DNA from: Bugula neritina
Lineage: Eukaryota > Animalia > Bryozoa
DNA: 64,000 nt
NCBI GenBank assembly: GCA_964035545.1
Contig: OZ037765.1
Coordinates: 25,109,504 to 25,173,503, forward strand
Reading direction: 5' to 3'
Part shown: positions 1 through 20,234 of the stretch, piece by piece
How the letters are laid out: every line of letters begins with the position of its first letter
How positions within the stretch are numbered: position 1 is the first letter of the stretch
The notes under the pieces: generated by a model
Database searches by the model: none
What the model was told of the DNA's origin: nothing
Seen by the model: only the letters and a program-made list of their open reading frames with translations
Position numbers and translations under genes: made by a program

Positions 1-1500
1 CACCGGCATCAGTATCACTATGAGTTTGACTATCACTATGCGATTGCTGTAATACTAATAATGAAAGTAAAGCTTACTCTTACTTTTAAACTTAAGCGTC
101 ATACTTCATGTTGATAGTCATAGTCATACTCACTGATGTCCGATACTCACAGTGATTCATCAGTTATACTTATAATTATAGTTATACAAAGTCCAACATA
201 AACATCATTATCCATCTTGAACTTGAATTTGAATCTATTTCGTTATTAGCTATGTAATTTGTTGTCTGTATGAATGCAGCTGTTTGTTTGCTGATATTGA
301 TGTTAGTGCAAACGATATTTATTGTAGTCGTATGTATCACATTGATATTGTAGAAGTGCACACAAAATTACAATGAAAATAAGCAGTAAGTTTAGATGTA
401 GATGGTAGTATACAAATAATGTAATTATATCATATGTACACAGCTTGTAACAGTAACAATACTAAGATAATATAACCACGAAGTAGAAATAAAAAATACT
501 TACATTTACAAAACAACAAAATGGGTGAGAATATTTGCTGACAAGTAAGTGGGTTTAGACTTCAGAGTGAACACATCTATTTAATGTTGGTTGTCGTTTT
601 TTAAGGTGAACTATAAGGCAGTTCAAGTATAAATAGGAAAAATGATGGTTTTATGTTTAAGCCATTGTATTGGTAGGGATTAGATAATAATTGTGTGGGT
701 CTCTGTTAGAATGTGATCAATCTTTATTTTAGACTAGGTTTTGGTATATCAAGTTCAAGCATTACAATTACTATTAGTGATTAGACGGTGACTGGAATTT
801 TATTAGTAGGCCTATAGCCCTAGACCTTAGTAGGAAATAAACTCAATGACATTGATACTTATACTGATGAGTCAGTATGATATGTGCTAATACCCGGAGT
901 AGAACTCAATTTCAGAATACTATTGCTATTGAACTCCAAATATGCACAGATTTGTCATTTTGAGTCAGATGTATATTATTAATAATCACAATTATTTTAT
1001 GTTAACTCAGTTCTAAGAACAAATGTAAAATGAAAGGAATTTGAAAAGTTACTGACTATTTTACTAGTGACAACTAAAAGCAAGTTAATGGACTTTTTGT
1101 TAGCCTATAGATACTTGGAATTAGTGGATAAATGATGATTTATTAATATTTATTCTGTTGATAAATATTATGATAATTATACATTAACTTTACTCGTTCG
1201 TCAAACTATCAATATTAGTTACAAGTAGAATCTGAATTGAAGTTTTACTTTATATTAGCTTTAGTAACAAGAAGGGATTATTAAAGAACTAGAAGAGTAT
1301 TATTTAATCATTGAAGTTACATTATATTGACAAGTAGTTGAATAAAAATTTGTACCGCACCATTGTCTGATAAAAACTGATTGAAAGTCTTTGTTTGAGG
1401 TTGATACATGGGTAAAATTGAACTTAAGTTAGAATGAAAAATGTTTGCCAATTCTATCAATACATGATTATGGTTAAGTAATTGAATCAATATGTTATTT

Positions 1501-2075
1501 CCGCCACCCGGGCAGGACCACAGTGGTGAAAGGTGACCAAAGGTGACCAATTGAATCTGTTATTTATTCATACATCTATAATTTTGTATAATTTTGTCTA
1601 TATCATCATTGCCTTAAAATATTTTACTCCTGATATTTCTTAGTATAGTTAAAAGGTGGAGAGTAACCTATTCTGACTAACACAGTGTACAAGCTGTAAA
1701 AATATATTCTACTATTTAGGAGTACAAACTTGCTTGAATTATTGTAATAGATTGCACATTTATGTCAGCTCATGTTTGCTTAAGATCTTTCAATTGGAAT
1801 CAGAAACTACAACAAATGTTACGATATTCCTTATAGCTGTACAAACATGTTTACTTCAAATACCTGATGAAAAATCAGGTATTTGAAGTAAAACAAATGT
1901 AATGTTATTGAAACATCTCATCATTTTTAATTCTGATTTTACATTTGAATTAGATTTTGCTCTGCAATTTCGAATTTCAGTCATTCTAATATATTTTGTA
2001 GTGATGATTCCAACTCAAAATTATCATTACCTGTTTTGGTCACCTTTCACCGCCGTGGTCTTGCGCGGGTGGCGG
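1501..2075. repeat. Pair of 40-bp GC-rich inverted repeats (possible MITE remnant) in SIK intron
   Basis: 1501-1540 ccgccacccgggcaggaccacagtggtgaaaggtgaccaa matches the reverse complement of 2036-2075 at 36/40 positions. No TSD found. Confidence 0.7.
1850..1892. repeat. Perfect 19-bp hairpin with 5-nt loop
   Basis: tttacttcaaatacctgat-gaaaa-atcaggtatttgaagtaaa. Confidence 0.9.
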
Positions 2076-2241
2076 GTTACCTGTTTTGACACTCAAATAT
2101 TCTAATGTTTCTGGTTAATAGGAGAACTTTTTAGAAAAAAAATTAAAGTTTAAACTGTTTGAGAAATTTCTATAAGTTGATATTGTTTTTAGATTATGAA
2201 TTTATTGTTATGGGTTATATATACTGTATTAGAGTTCGTAG

Positions 2242-9655
<7,414 letters not shown>

Positions 9656-12077
9656 ATGTTTGTATACGTGTCTGCATTACAAAATGTGCAATAGTAGTAC
9701 TTGTGTAAGTCTTGATAAAAATACACATCGATGTTCATTAGGTGCAGCCATTCAATAGTGGTATTACCTAGTTTAAATAGTTTTAATCTCTGAACCCATT
9801 TGTTTTGCAATTGACCTAGGATGTTGAATGTGATGTAAATTATCAAATATGTGCAATGAATTTCAGCAGATGCAATGCAAGTCAAATGTAATTATAACTA
9901 CAATATATTCTGGTTGTACATTGTACATTTTATCGATCTCTTTTTTGTTATCCAGTATTTGTTGTTTTGTATCATCTGTTAACTTTGTAAAATAGTTTCT
10001 GGAGCAGGGAGGTTTTATAAAACGTGTAGCCATGCACCATTGGCATACTTAGAAATTTGTTTCCCCATAAATAGTGTTTTTGTACATATTTATTTTATGT
10101 AGAAGCATTTTGATACGGTGTCAATTCAACTAGCATTCTTTCACAAATATTGTTGCTTGTAGCGACTTTAATATAATGTGCACATTATTGTATATTTTTA
10201 CATGACAATATTTTATGAAATGTGTTGATAATTAATATATAAACATTTTAATTTGTTTTGAAACTATATAATTATGTTCTAATCTTTAGCTGTAAAGTCA
10301 ATTAGTTGAACATTAAATCAAATGGTAGTTGTGTAACTGCAGGTTAGCTGCTGTGAGTCTCAACTCTCTAATCTAAATCACTGAAAATTACATATGTGCA
10401 ACACAACTGGTTGATGCTGATTTCTTTAAAATAGAAGTATTTAAAATCTATTATGTGTACCAATAATAATGTGGTTAAAACATTATGAAGGTGTAACAAA
10501 TATAAAAATTTGAATTCACAAATGAACAAAGCAAACTTCCATGATTTGGTGATCACTTTGATGAAACTCTAAAATAATATGCATGCTATTTGTGAGTTAG
10601 CTTTGTGTGCATGAAGCATGGTGATAGCTGTGCAAACCATTTGCAAAACCAGTCTACCTGCAAAACCAGTCCACTAAATGATTAATTATTAATATACCAG
10701 TTATTTTGAAGCTGTATAATATTTGCAAGATAAAACTCTTTTAACCAGTTTCCTATTTCCAATCTAAATAATGTCCATTACTAGAAATTTGTGAAAAAGG
10801 TTCTTCTAAAATCTAAAGCATTCAAAATATCTTTAGTAGTTGTTTTCTCTTTATTATTCTGAATGAATTACCCCTTATCATAATGGTATTATTTGCTTCT
10901 AAATAAGTATGCATTATACCAGTCGAGTTGCACTGTATTGGTTTATAATTTATTAAAATATATTTCCGAACTGAACATATAAAGTTTACAAATCATAATA
11001 TTACTATCCTAGTGGTCAACTGGTATACACAAAGTGATGAAGTGCTAGATGCAGTTAGAAACTTACTCAAAGTTGTCTTTCTTAAAAGCTTTGGTACAAA
11101 ACGTTGTCTATGAATAGTTTTCTAATCAGCCCTTCTTCGATAGGATTATGAATAAAAAATCACCGATTTAACTATGAACAGTTGCAGGGAAAACGGATAT
11201 GTCACACTCCCACTGGCGCAAGAAATTGTGTTTACAACCTTTGTTGCAAAAGCCGGGATAATACAATCACAAATTTAACTTACTTTATTCTTTATATTAT
11301 TGTAATCATTGATTAGTTCTTTTTTAAATCGATTAGTTAGGGTAATTTTTCAAACTGATTTGTAGTCATAATAAGTAAAAACTAACCATTCAGCTTGTGA
11401 AACAAACATTAAATCATAATGATTATGATTATCGCTTCATAGTCAATATGAATATGAATTATTGAATATCATTATCATTATGAATATCACTGTTATGATT
11501 ATCATGCAATTGTATAATACCAATAATAATAATAATTGCAAGCAAAGCAGCAGCTTTTGCTTTTAGTTTTACTACATTATTTAATATATTTTTGCCACTA
11601 GTACTACCAATAGACATGCATGTTGATGTAGCAATACTAATAATAATAGTAATACTAATAGTAATATCACTTATAGTAATACTAATAGTAATATAAAATA
11701 TGAAATAAGCAGAAATGTCAACATGATGATCACTGCAAGGAGTTTCTGGGACTGTTAAAATAAGATGTTGCATTACTAATAGTAATTGACTATTAATTAA
11801 CCTACCATATGGTTACTTTGTAACAGTTTTCTATTGTATAAGCGTGTTCACTATCACTATGTGATTTTGCTATCATAATCTATTTGTCTCTGTTCATGTC
11901 CCAGTTTGAATATATTCTGAGTTGTGTTATTAACTTCTGACTTTCATCGATGCCGTTTAAGTATTTGTTTGCATTGAAGTTAGTAATCTATATGGAGTTG
12001 AAAGGCTCTTTGTTCGTGTATCTTACTTCTATTATTTTAATAAAATGCATTCATTTAATTTTTTGTTAGTCACTACA

Positions 12078-14835
12078 ATGAGAGTAAATCTTGATCTTGA
12101 GAATGAAAGACATAAAACTACACTAAATCCAGAATGTATAACGGAAAAAATATTTGGTAAAAAAGAAATGCAAATTAGACGGCTGGCTTGTAAGTACATT
12201 CTTATATCATTGACTACAAAAAAATAACATGTATGACTTGTTTGCTGTTTTGTGTGTGTTTAGAAAAAACCAGCTTTTAAAGTATTTGCATATGCTCATT
12301 TAGATCAGTCATGCCACAATAAGAAATTGTTTAGTATCACATGTATGTTTTTAATTTATTATTATATTTATGATTTATATTTTTTAGATAAACGAGCTGC
12401 AGAAGATAAGGATTTTCAAATTGCTGAAAATTTTGCTACAATGGATCGGGATAATGTGTATTCTGAAGCTGTGCGTATGTATACCACATACTCTCAACGC
12501 CTAAAGCAATATAATTACAAGGACCCAATAACCAATCCCTTTAGTGCTCAAAATTTCTTTAAACAGTAAGAAATATCTACTGAAATATTCTTATGGAATT
12601 TAACAAATTGCTACTTTTGTTTTGAAATTTTTTACTTTTAAAGATTAGCTTGTTTATGTCGAAAACAGTAAATAATTGTTTATATCAAACAATTAAAACT
12701 TACTTCTGTTTATCATTTATATCACCTGGCATCAGTAAACAATGCTGTAAAACGCAACTGGTGAATAATTATTATTTGACTTTATTTTATTTGCGATGAC
12801 TTATTTTGGCTGCTTATTAGCTTGTTGTTTATTGCAGGGCAGTATTTATTGGACCTGTTTTCCCATTTAATGTGCATCACATTTTGTTTCTCCCTACAAT
12901 TTTGAGTCAAGGAACTGATGACCAAATCGCTAAAATTTTGCCTCTAGCAGAAAATCTGGAAATTATTGGTACATATGCACAGACGGAGATGGGACACGGT
13001 AATGTAAACCTGATTATGATTACTGGTCTACTTTATGCAGTTGAGTTTTGCTTTAATTTACGATGATATGCTGAAATTCATATTTTTTTAAAACTTCTAT
13101 TCTCATTTATTTTAATTTGTTTCTCTTTATAAACTTGTAGGATTATAAAGTAGCCTCATTTTTGTGATAATATTATTTGTGATGCGTTCTACTCGATTTT
13201 CTCTTGGTTCTTTATAATTATAGTAGCCTACTGGTAATCAAAGAAGAACCTCCCCAAATACATTCATTTGACATTGAAGGTCTTCATTTTATGAAATGAT
13301 ATTATATTCTAATTTTATCCATTCTTTTGTTACTTAAAGGTACATATGTAAAAGGCCTTGAGACAACTGCCACTTTTGATAGGGATACTCAGCATTTCAT
13401 TATTCACAGTCCGACAATCACTTCAACAAAGTTTTGGCCTGCTGGATGTAAGTTTTCAACACACTGGAATCTACCAGCTGCATTTAATTCACTCTTTTTG
13501 TGGGTGGCTATGTTGGTTGTTTATTTTAATGTTGTTCATTATATTGTATACCTACAACTTTGTTCCATAAAATTTAATTTGTATGTAACATTACATTCGA
13601 CTTACCATAAGGCTGGGAATTTACAGAAAAGGGCCACTGCAAAGCATTTTTGCATCAATTGACTTTTCCTAGTTATTGAAAGGCACTATTATTAGCTTTG
13701 AAATGTCTTTCATGCTTCAAATTCTAGTAATATGTAGTCAGTGTTGATACTAATTCAATGAGTTGTCCATTTTTAGATAATTAGAGTTGAAGGTTTTTGG
13801 GTCAAGTAGTACAAAATTGTACAAAATATTAAAAAAAAAATTCATTTAGCCATATTTTTGTATGTTTTTGCATTCTAATGTAACTAGTTAATATACTACT
13901 CCTGCTTTACTTTAGTGGGCTGCACCTGTAACTATGCTGTTGTTATGGCACAGTTGATAATTGACCAAAAGCCTTATGGGATGCATCTTTTCTTGTGCCA
14001 GCTGAGAGATTTACATGATCACAAGCCACTTCCAGGTAATCTAGAGATACATTATCCTCTAGTTGCTGGTTTACTGATAGTTAAGGCTAAAAGTTTGATA
14101 AATGTAAACTTAATATTGTATCATGCTGATTAGTTTTGTTAACTTTGCTTTTAGGGATAGAATTGGGAGATATAAACTCCAAATTTGGTTTTGAGATTGT
14201 GGACAATGGTTATTTAAAGTTCAATCAGTATCGTATTCCTCGTACCAACATGCTAATGAGACACGCCCAAGTATCAAAAGATGGCACCTATACAAGTCAA
14301 ACTATTCCACAGATTGTGTACTTGTCAATGATGTCTACGAGAATGATGATCATACAAGGCGCTGCTGATGACCTGGCAATGGCTGCCACCATAGCTACGA
14401 GATACAGCGCTGTCAGGAGACAAACTGCCAACTCTCAAGGGTTGGTTTTAAAAATTCCTGTAATGTTTATTAGATATATCTTATATTAGAGTAGACTTTA
14501 AGAATCTTAGGAGAATTTTATTATAATTAAGAAGGCTCAAACACATTTTTTAAATATTTAGTTATAAATTATGACTGAATCTATAGAATTTCTCATATTT
14601 TGCTAAAAAACAAGAATAAAACACATGAAGATGTTTTTCCACCTTCTATAAAGTGTCACCAAAATTTTCTGTGGCATATAGTGCCATAAAAATCAAAATG
14701 ACAAGTTATTTCCTTGAGTGTTTCTAGAATTTTCTCATGATTTTGGGATGTATTTGGTTACATGAATATCGTTTATGTTTAGAGCTTGCCTAGAAAATTA
14801 TTTCTATCTATCTATCTACCTATCTACCTACCTAC

Positions 14836-14923
<88 letters not shown>

Positions 14924-17900
14924 GTTCAACATGTAGTGTTTCATCAAGTGTGTTCAAATTTTTGGATTTGGAATCCTACTCGGAAATCAACTTAAAAACA
15001 TTAGATAGTAATTAGAAATTGCTAAAAGTAATGCTATTAAGTGGCATTAAAATATCAGTAATGGAAATACTGTTTCAATTTGAAGACTTGACACTGTTGG
15101 GTAATTTGACACTGTTGGGTAATTCCTAATACTCAGTTACTCTCAAGTCTTGCCCAAGCTACCATGTTATGTGTATGATTGTAGTGTTGAGCCACAGGTG
15201 TTGGACTATCAAACTCAGCAAATGAAGTTATTCCCCGCCATAAGCTTCAGCTATGCTCTCTGGTTTTGCGCTCGTTCCGTTAGAAGTTTTTGTAATCAGG
15301 TTATGATTGACGTACAAGATGGGAATGAATCTCGTCTCAAGGAGGTAAAAACTAACTTTTTAGAATCATGTGTAAAATAAAATGACAAAGTATGTCTCAA
15401 AAATAAACAGAGTTTTTATTTATAGATAACAAACTGTACATTTATATATCTACAAATAAAAAGATTTTAAACTTTAGACATAAAATACATATATCACAAA
15501 TACTGATTATAAGCTTTTCTTCAAACATCAGACACTGTGATAAACTTAATGTATCGCACATTTTTATTTATTTATTTATAAATTTGTATATGCAACTTCA
15601 TCTTGCCTAAATACTAAAACATACATACAGTGTGGTTGAATTCCTATTATATGTACTGAAACTATGATTACAGCATCTTAAAGTACATTTACTGCATATT
15701 TATTGCACCTCCAATTTTTTTTCATGTTCTAATTTAGCATTTACAATTTATGGTGACCTCAAAACACTTCATTATTGATAAAGCAACTCTGCATGGTGCA
15801 AGTTCAAAGTAATTACCGTTTCAGCGTGCACATGCCGAGACAGTATTTGTATTTAACATTTTATCCCATATTATGTTGACTCTTCAGCTGCATTGCCTAA
15901 CATGTGGCATGAAAGCTTTTGCCACTGAAATGGCAGCAAGTTACATAGAAATGTGTAGAAGGTCATGCGGAGGTCATGGATACAGTCATGCTAGTGGTAT
16001 CCCTAAACTGTACCTGCAATGTCTACCCCAGTCAACATATGAAGGAGATAACACAGTGCTTTATCTTCAATGTGGAAGGTAAACAAGTTGTTCATTCATG
16101 TAATTTTGTTATTTATGCTGACATTCTATATCTAATATGATTAGGCTGTATGTAGTTTCATGTGAATATTAGACTGGTTTCTATTACAGTAAAATACGAA
16201 ATATAATTGTTTAAACTATTGTTCATAATTAAAATATAATTGTATATTATATTATTTAAATTATTGAATTCTGTAAATCATTATTCAATGATTGACCTTA
16301 ATGAAGTACAAGTAATTATTGCAGGTTGGAGTACTGTAAACTGCAGCCATTTTATTTGTAAACATATGATAAGGCTAGCATTGTCACTCATCAGTCAACT
16401 GCTACTAAACAGAATCATTATCTAATCCTGAGCTTTCTCAACTTATTGTAGATCTCTGCTCAAGTTTTACATGTTGGCTCAAGGAGGCGCACCAGTCCCA
16501 TCAACAATGCAGTTGCTCGCTGAGACTGGAACAATACCTGCTAATCTTAAAGCTGCCACTGAATTCAACTTGACTCTCTATGGCCTAATCCTTAAACTAA
16601 ACACTCTCAGGTAAATAATAGTGAAAGAACTTTTCTCCACAAAATATTATTTTAGTGTCATTTTGACTGAATTCACTTTTGGTAATATAAAACTTAGATT
16701 TTCATAGCACCATACCTCAATCAAGTTATGCCAGTTTGTGATGTATTTTAGTTTAATTGCGGATACTGTAGCTCGGCTACAAGAATCTAGTGCCTCAAAG
16801 AACACAGACACTGCATTCAACACTCACTCACTAGAAGTTGTAGATATTGCTAAGGTAGTATAGCTCTCCATATATCTGTAATATCTGCATTAACTGAATC
16901 TGAACATTTCAAACAGTATTGAAGTCGTTGTTAAAGGATTTCAAGAGTGATTAACTGAGTGTATTGTTTGACTGTAGGCATACTGTCTATACACTACTGT
17001 AGTGTGGTTCATCGAGACTCTAGGAGAGACAGAGTGGGATTATAAAGCTAAAACTGTGATGGTTCAGGTCTGTGAACTCTACGCAGTTCACAATATACTA
17101 CTTAATTCAGGGTCTCTTCTGCAGGCAAGTGTACCAGATCAAAAGTTGTGATTAAGTGAAAATCTATGTTGCTCCAATGCAGTGGGGTTAATGTTTTTTA
17201 CAACATCAATACCTAGTTTTACTAAGAATATTGCATTATAAGACCTAATTTTTCCCTGAAAAGACTTATTAAATAATAAGTTAGTATTTTAAATCTAATG
17301 CTGCAGAACAAAGTGGTGACTCGCCAACAAATGACTTGCATAGCTTCTCGGCGTGTAGAGCTGTTGGCAGAGCTGAGACCGAATGCTGTGACTCTGGTTG
17401 ATGCATTTGATTATCCAGACCGTCTGCTGAATAGTTGTCTGGGAAGATATGATGGGAATGTGTATGAAGCTCTGTATGAGTATGCAAAGGACTCTTCACT
17501 CAATCAACATCAGGTATAGTAAATATCTTATAGTATAATTATGTAGAGGTTTTATATTCAGTAATAGTAACTAGATGAAGTAGTATGAACTCTCTACACT
17601 CAATCACCATCAGGTATAGTTAATATCATGCAGGAAAAGTGTTCCATTATCCGCCAACATGAAACATACTGACCAAAACATTTTGTCACAAAGTAATTTA
17701 AGTCCATCAATTTGATTAACAAATAGTAAGTAAAGTGTGCTTCATTTGAACCAATATTCTATGCTCCAGATTTTTTTCTGTAACTCATAGTAACTATTAT
17801 GTAATTCAGCTCATATAATGCAGAGGAAAGTTGTGAAACAAAAATATGAAACTTTTTGAAATATCACAAAAAGCTTGTTTTAGAATGATTTTTAATTACT

Positions 17901-19414
17901 TCTAAAAAATTGATATGCTGCAATGAGACAATTTCTTTTACATATGTACTTATTATTTCCACTTTGAGTAAATAAAGGAGCAAGTTTGGCTAAAGCTTCT
18001 GGCACAACACAATGTTACTCAATTAAACAGTAATATAAACACAAAAACATTTTTTAAGTCATTTAGTGATTTCATACCGAAGCAAATTAAAAAAAACTTT
18101 AATAAAGTAATTAGAGAGTAGCTGTGGTCTAGTTGGTCAGACCTAATAATGGGCTCAAATTCTCAGTAGGACGAATGGTGATGTCCAGAAGGGCATCCAA
18201 TCATAATTGCTCCTGTATCACAGCATATGCATAGGCTTAGCCTACTTCAACAAAAACCACTCCAGGTTCTCCTGGAATGAACATAAGCAAATATGAGTAA
18301 AATAAAGTATTTAATAATGCTTCTTTTATTGAAACATACTAGTTTTAACATAAACATCCTAAAATTTAAGAACATCAACTTTAAATGTTGATAAAGATGC
18401 AGAAATGAGAAAATATTGTGTGGAAATTATTTACATGTAATTTGAATGTTTTATTAATGCTTAACTGCTAATATCTTTATATCTCTGAGTATTGAAAAGC
18501 TAACAGAATTTTTTTGTAAAGGATTATATTAAAATTTTACTGTCATTTCATGAGAAATTTTAAGCAACAAGCGCAACAAATTTGAAATAAATTGTAAAAT
18601 TGCTAAAACTAACACAATTTTATAACTAATGTTCTGAGCATCATATTTAGGACATACATTTGTCAGTTTTGTATATTTTACTGAAAAACATCAGAAAAAT
18701 TGATTTAAATTACTTTAAATAAAATGACTTACTTGCATGTTTTATAAAAGACATATTTAGAGTCGAGGTTAATTTCATTGAATTGATTTAATTAATTTTA
18801 TTATGCTTATTTTACTCAAGTAGATGTAGTGATCTTAATTACAGCATAGGTACCAAAATAGTTATAATATAACAATATAATTTTAAAATCACATCACAAA
18901 AATGATTGGCAATGACAGCCCTATAGATTACAAAAAAGTTGTAGTTACATATTGGCAGCCACCAGCACTTCTGATACCAGTAGAAACTTGAGGTTTAATA
19001 AATTGACCTAAGATAAAAATATGACCCTTGGAAAAACAATTTTATAATATAGAGTAGCAGATGTCTTATAATGTAAATACATTATGCAATAATAAATGTT
19101 AACCTCTATATTCTTACATTGTACAATGTATCTTTAATTAATAAGCTCAAAATGTTCAGATACAAAAATATGCTAGATGTGAAGTCATATGTTATAGAAG
19201 ATAAAAATACTTAAAGTACATTAAAATCAAGCTATATACTCGAGTTCAAAATTTTCTAAAGTTGATACCTTTTCGTGTAGTAGCAAGTTACTCTGCTTTA
19301 GCAGTTAATACACAGTTCAACTGTATTACATGAAACTAACTTTATTTTCAGGTTCACTCTTCATATGAGAAGTATATAAAACCTATGCAACAAGTTCTCC
19401 AGGCAAAGCTATAA
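12078..19414 (+). CDS. ACOX1: Peroxisomal acyl-CoA oxidase 1-like (~664 aa, 13 coding exons)
   Basis: Exons 12078-12189, 12388-12565, 12838-12998, 13340-13447, 13916-14035, 14155-14440, 15185-15344, 15888-16078, 16452-16610, 16752-16854, 16978-17124, 17307-17513, 19352-19414. Motifs [29 protein letters not shown] (catalytic Glu), [10 protein letters not shown] and a C-terminal PTS1 AKL*. Confidence 0.93.
14803..14923. repeat. (CTAT)n tetranucleotide microsatellite in ACOX1 intron
   Basis: About 30 units of tcta/ccta. Confidence 0.95.
18114..18300 (+). mobile_element. tRNA-derived SINE copy in last ACOX1 intron
   Basis: A-box-like tggtctagttgg (18125), B-box-like ggctcaaattc (18152), core gatgtccagaagggcatccaatcataattgctcctgt. 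Flanked by a 13-bp near-identical direct repeat aataaagta(a/t)tta at 18101 and 18301. A related core occurs at 42129-42166 (-). Confidence 0.65.
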
Positions 19415-19693
19415 CTTCTATGTCATGTAAATAAGATTGCGAGTGCTTCTCATTATGAAGACTATTTTTATTAAAATTATGCTATATTTTTATACCAAAA
19501 ATTGTCCTATATCTGTGTCACAACCACTTTTTTATGCATAACAAAAATAATTTAATATATATAACAGCTACAATCTATCATTACAAATTTTTAATTTATA
19601 TGACCTAATAAATATGAACTAAGTATATTAACAGCTGTATTATTGCTTTTGTGAAATTTGGGTAAATACTTGAACATGAAAACTAGTTTAGTG

Positions 19694-20234
19694 TTAATCA
19701 TCTGTCTTGGATATTTCTTCAGCAGCATTCACTAGTTTTCCAGAATGTGGCAAGGTAGGTTTTAAAGATTGCCACCGAGATGGCGGCCAGACTATAGCTA
19801 CAGCTTTACCAAACACTAGCCCTGCAGGAATAGGGCCATACTTGTTACTGTCTTTACTGAGCCAACGGTTGTCACCCTCTACCCACATATGACCTTTCGG
19901 TATGACCACGGTCTCGCCTTTGTATGTTTGCATAACTTGATGCTCCGTTGCCTTAACTCTTTTTATATCACGATCTAAAGGAGTGGTTGGATTATTTAAT
20001 GTAACTATGTCTCCAACTTTCACGTTGAATCGTTCATTGTGAGATATTAGAACCCAGTCTGAAAAGTTCCAACCATTGTCCGAGGAGTTGAGTATTTTAG
20101 GATGAGGGTTGAGAGTAGGCTGCATAGATTGGCCATCGACTAAAGCTACTTCGTAACCAGCAAACTCAATGACCCCGCTGCCAACAACTATGCCAGATGT
20201 TGCAAACGCAACAGCTTTTAGTAGAGTGTTACTT
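19694..20234 (-). CDS. IMMP2L: Mitochondrial inner membrane protease subunit 2 (S26 peptidase); start codon unresolved
   Basis: Uninterrupted ORF with VDGQSMQPTLNP (catalytic Ser), IKRV (catalytic Lys), GHMWVEGDN, DSNKYGPIP and IVWPPSRW. Candidate acceptor ttttag ends at 20235; in-frame stop at 20264-20266; no in-frame ATG before the catalytic Ser. Confidence 0.85.

Noticed and set aside
11459-11773. 104-aa ITIS-rich ORF (also 56528-56770)
   Set aside because: By-product of the 3-bp periodic tract, which avoids stops in one frame; no splice or domain support.
14786-14995. LSIY-repeat ORF
   Set aside because: Translation of the (CTAT)n microsatellite.
15088-15123. 18-bp tandem duplication ttgacactgttgggtaat x2
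   Set aside because: Simple local duplication; two adjacent units with no spacers, so not a CRISPR-like or functional array.
18114-18170. Possible tRNA gene
   Set aside because: A/B boxes are degenerate and too closely spaced, no cloverleaf forms, and the sequence continues into a SINE body with TSDs.
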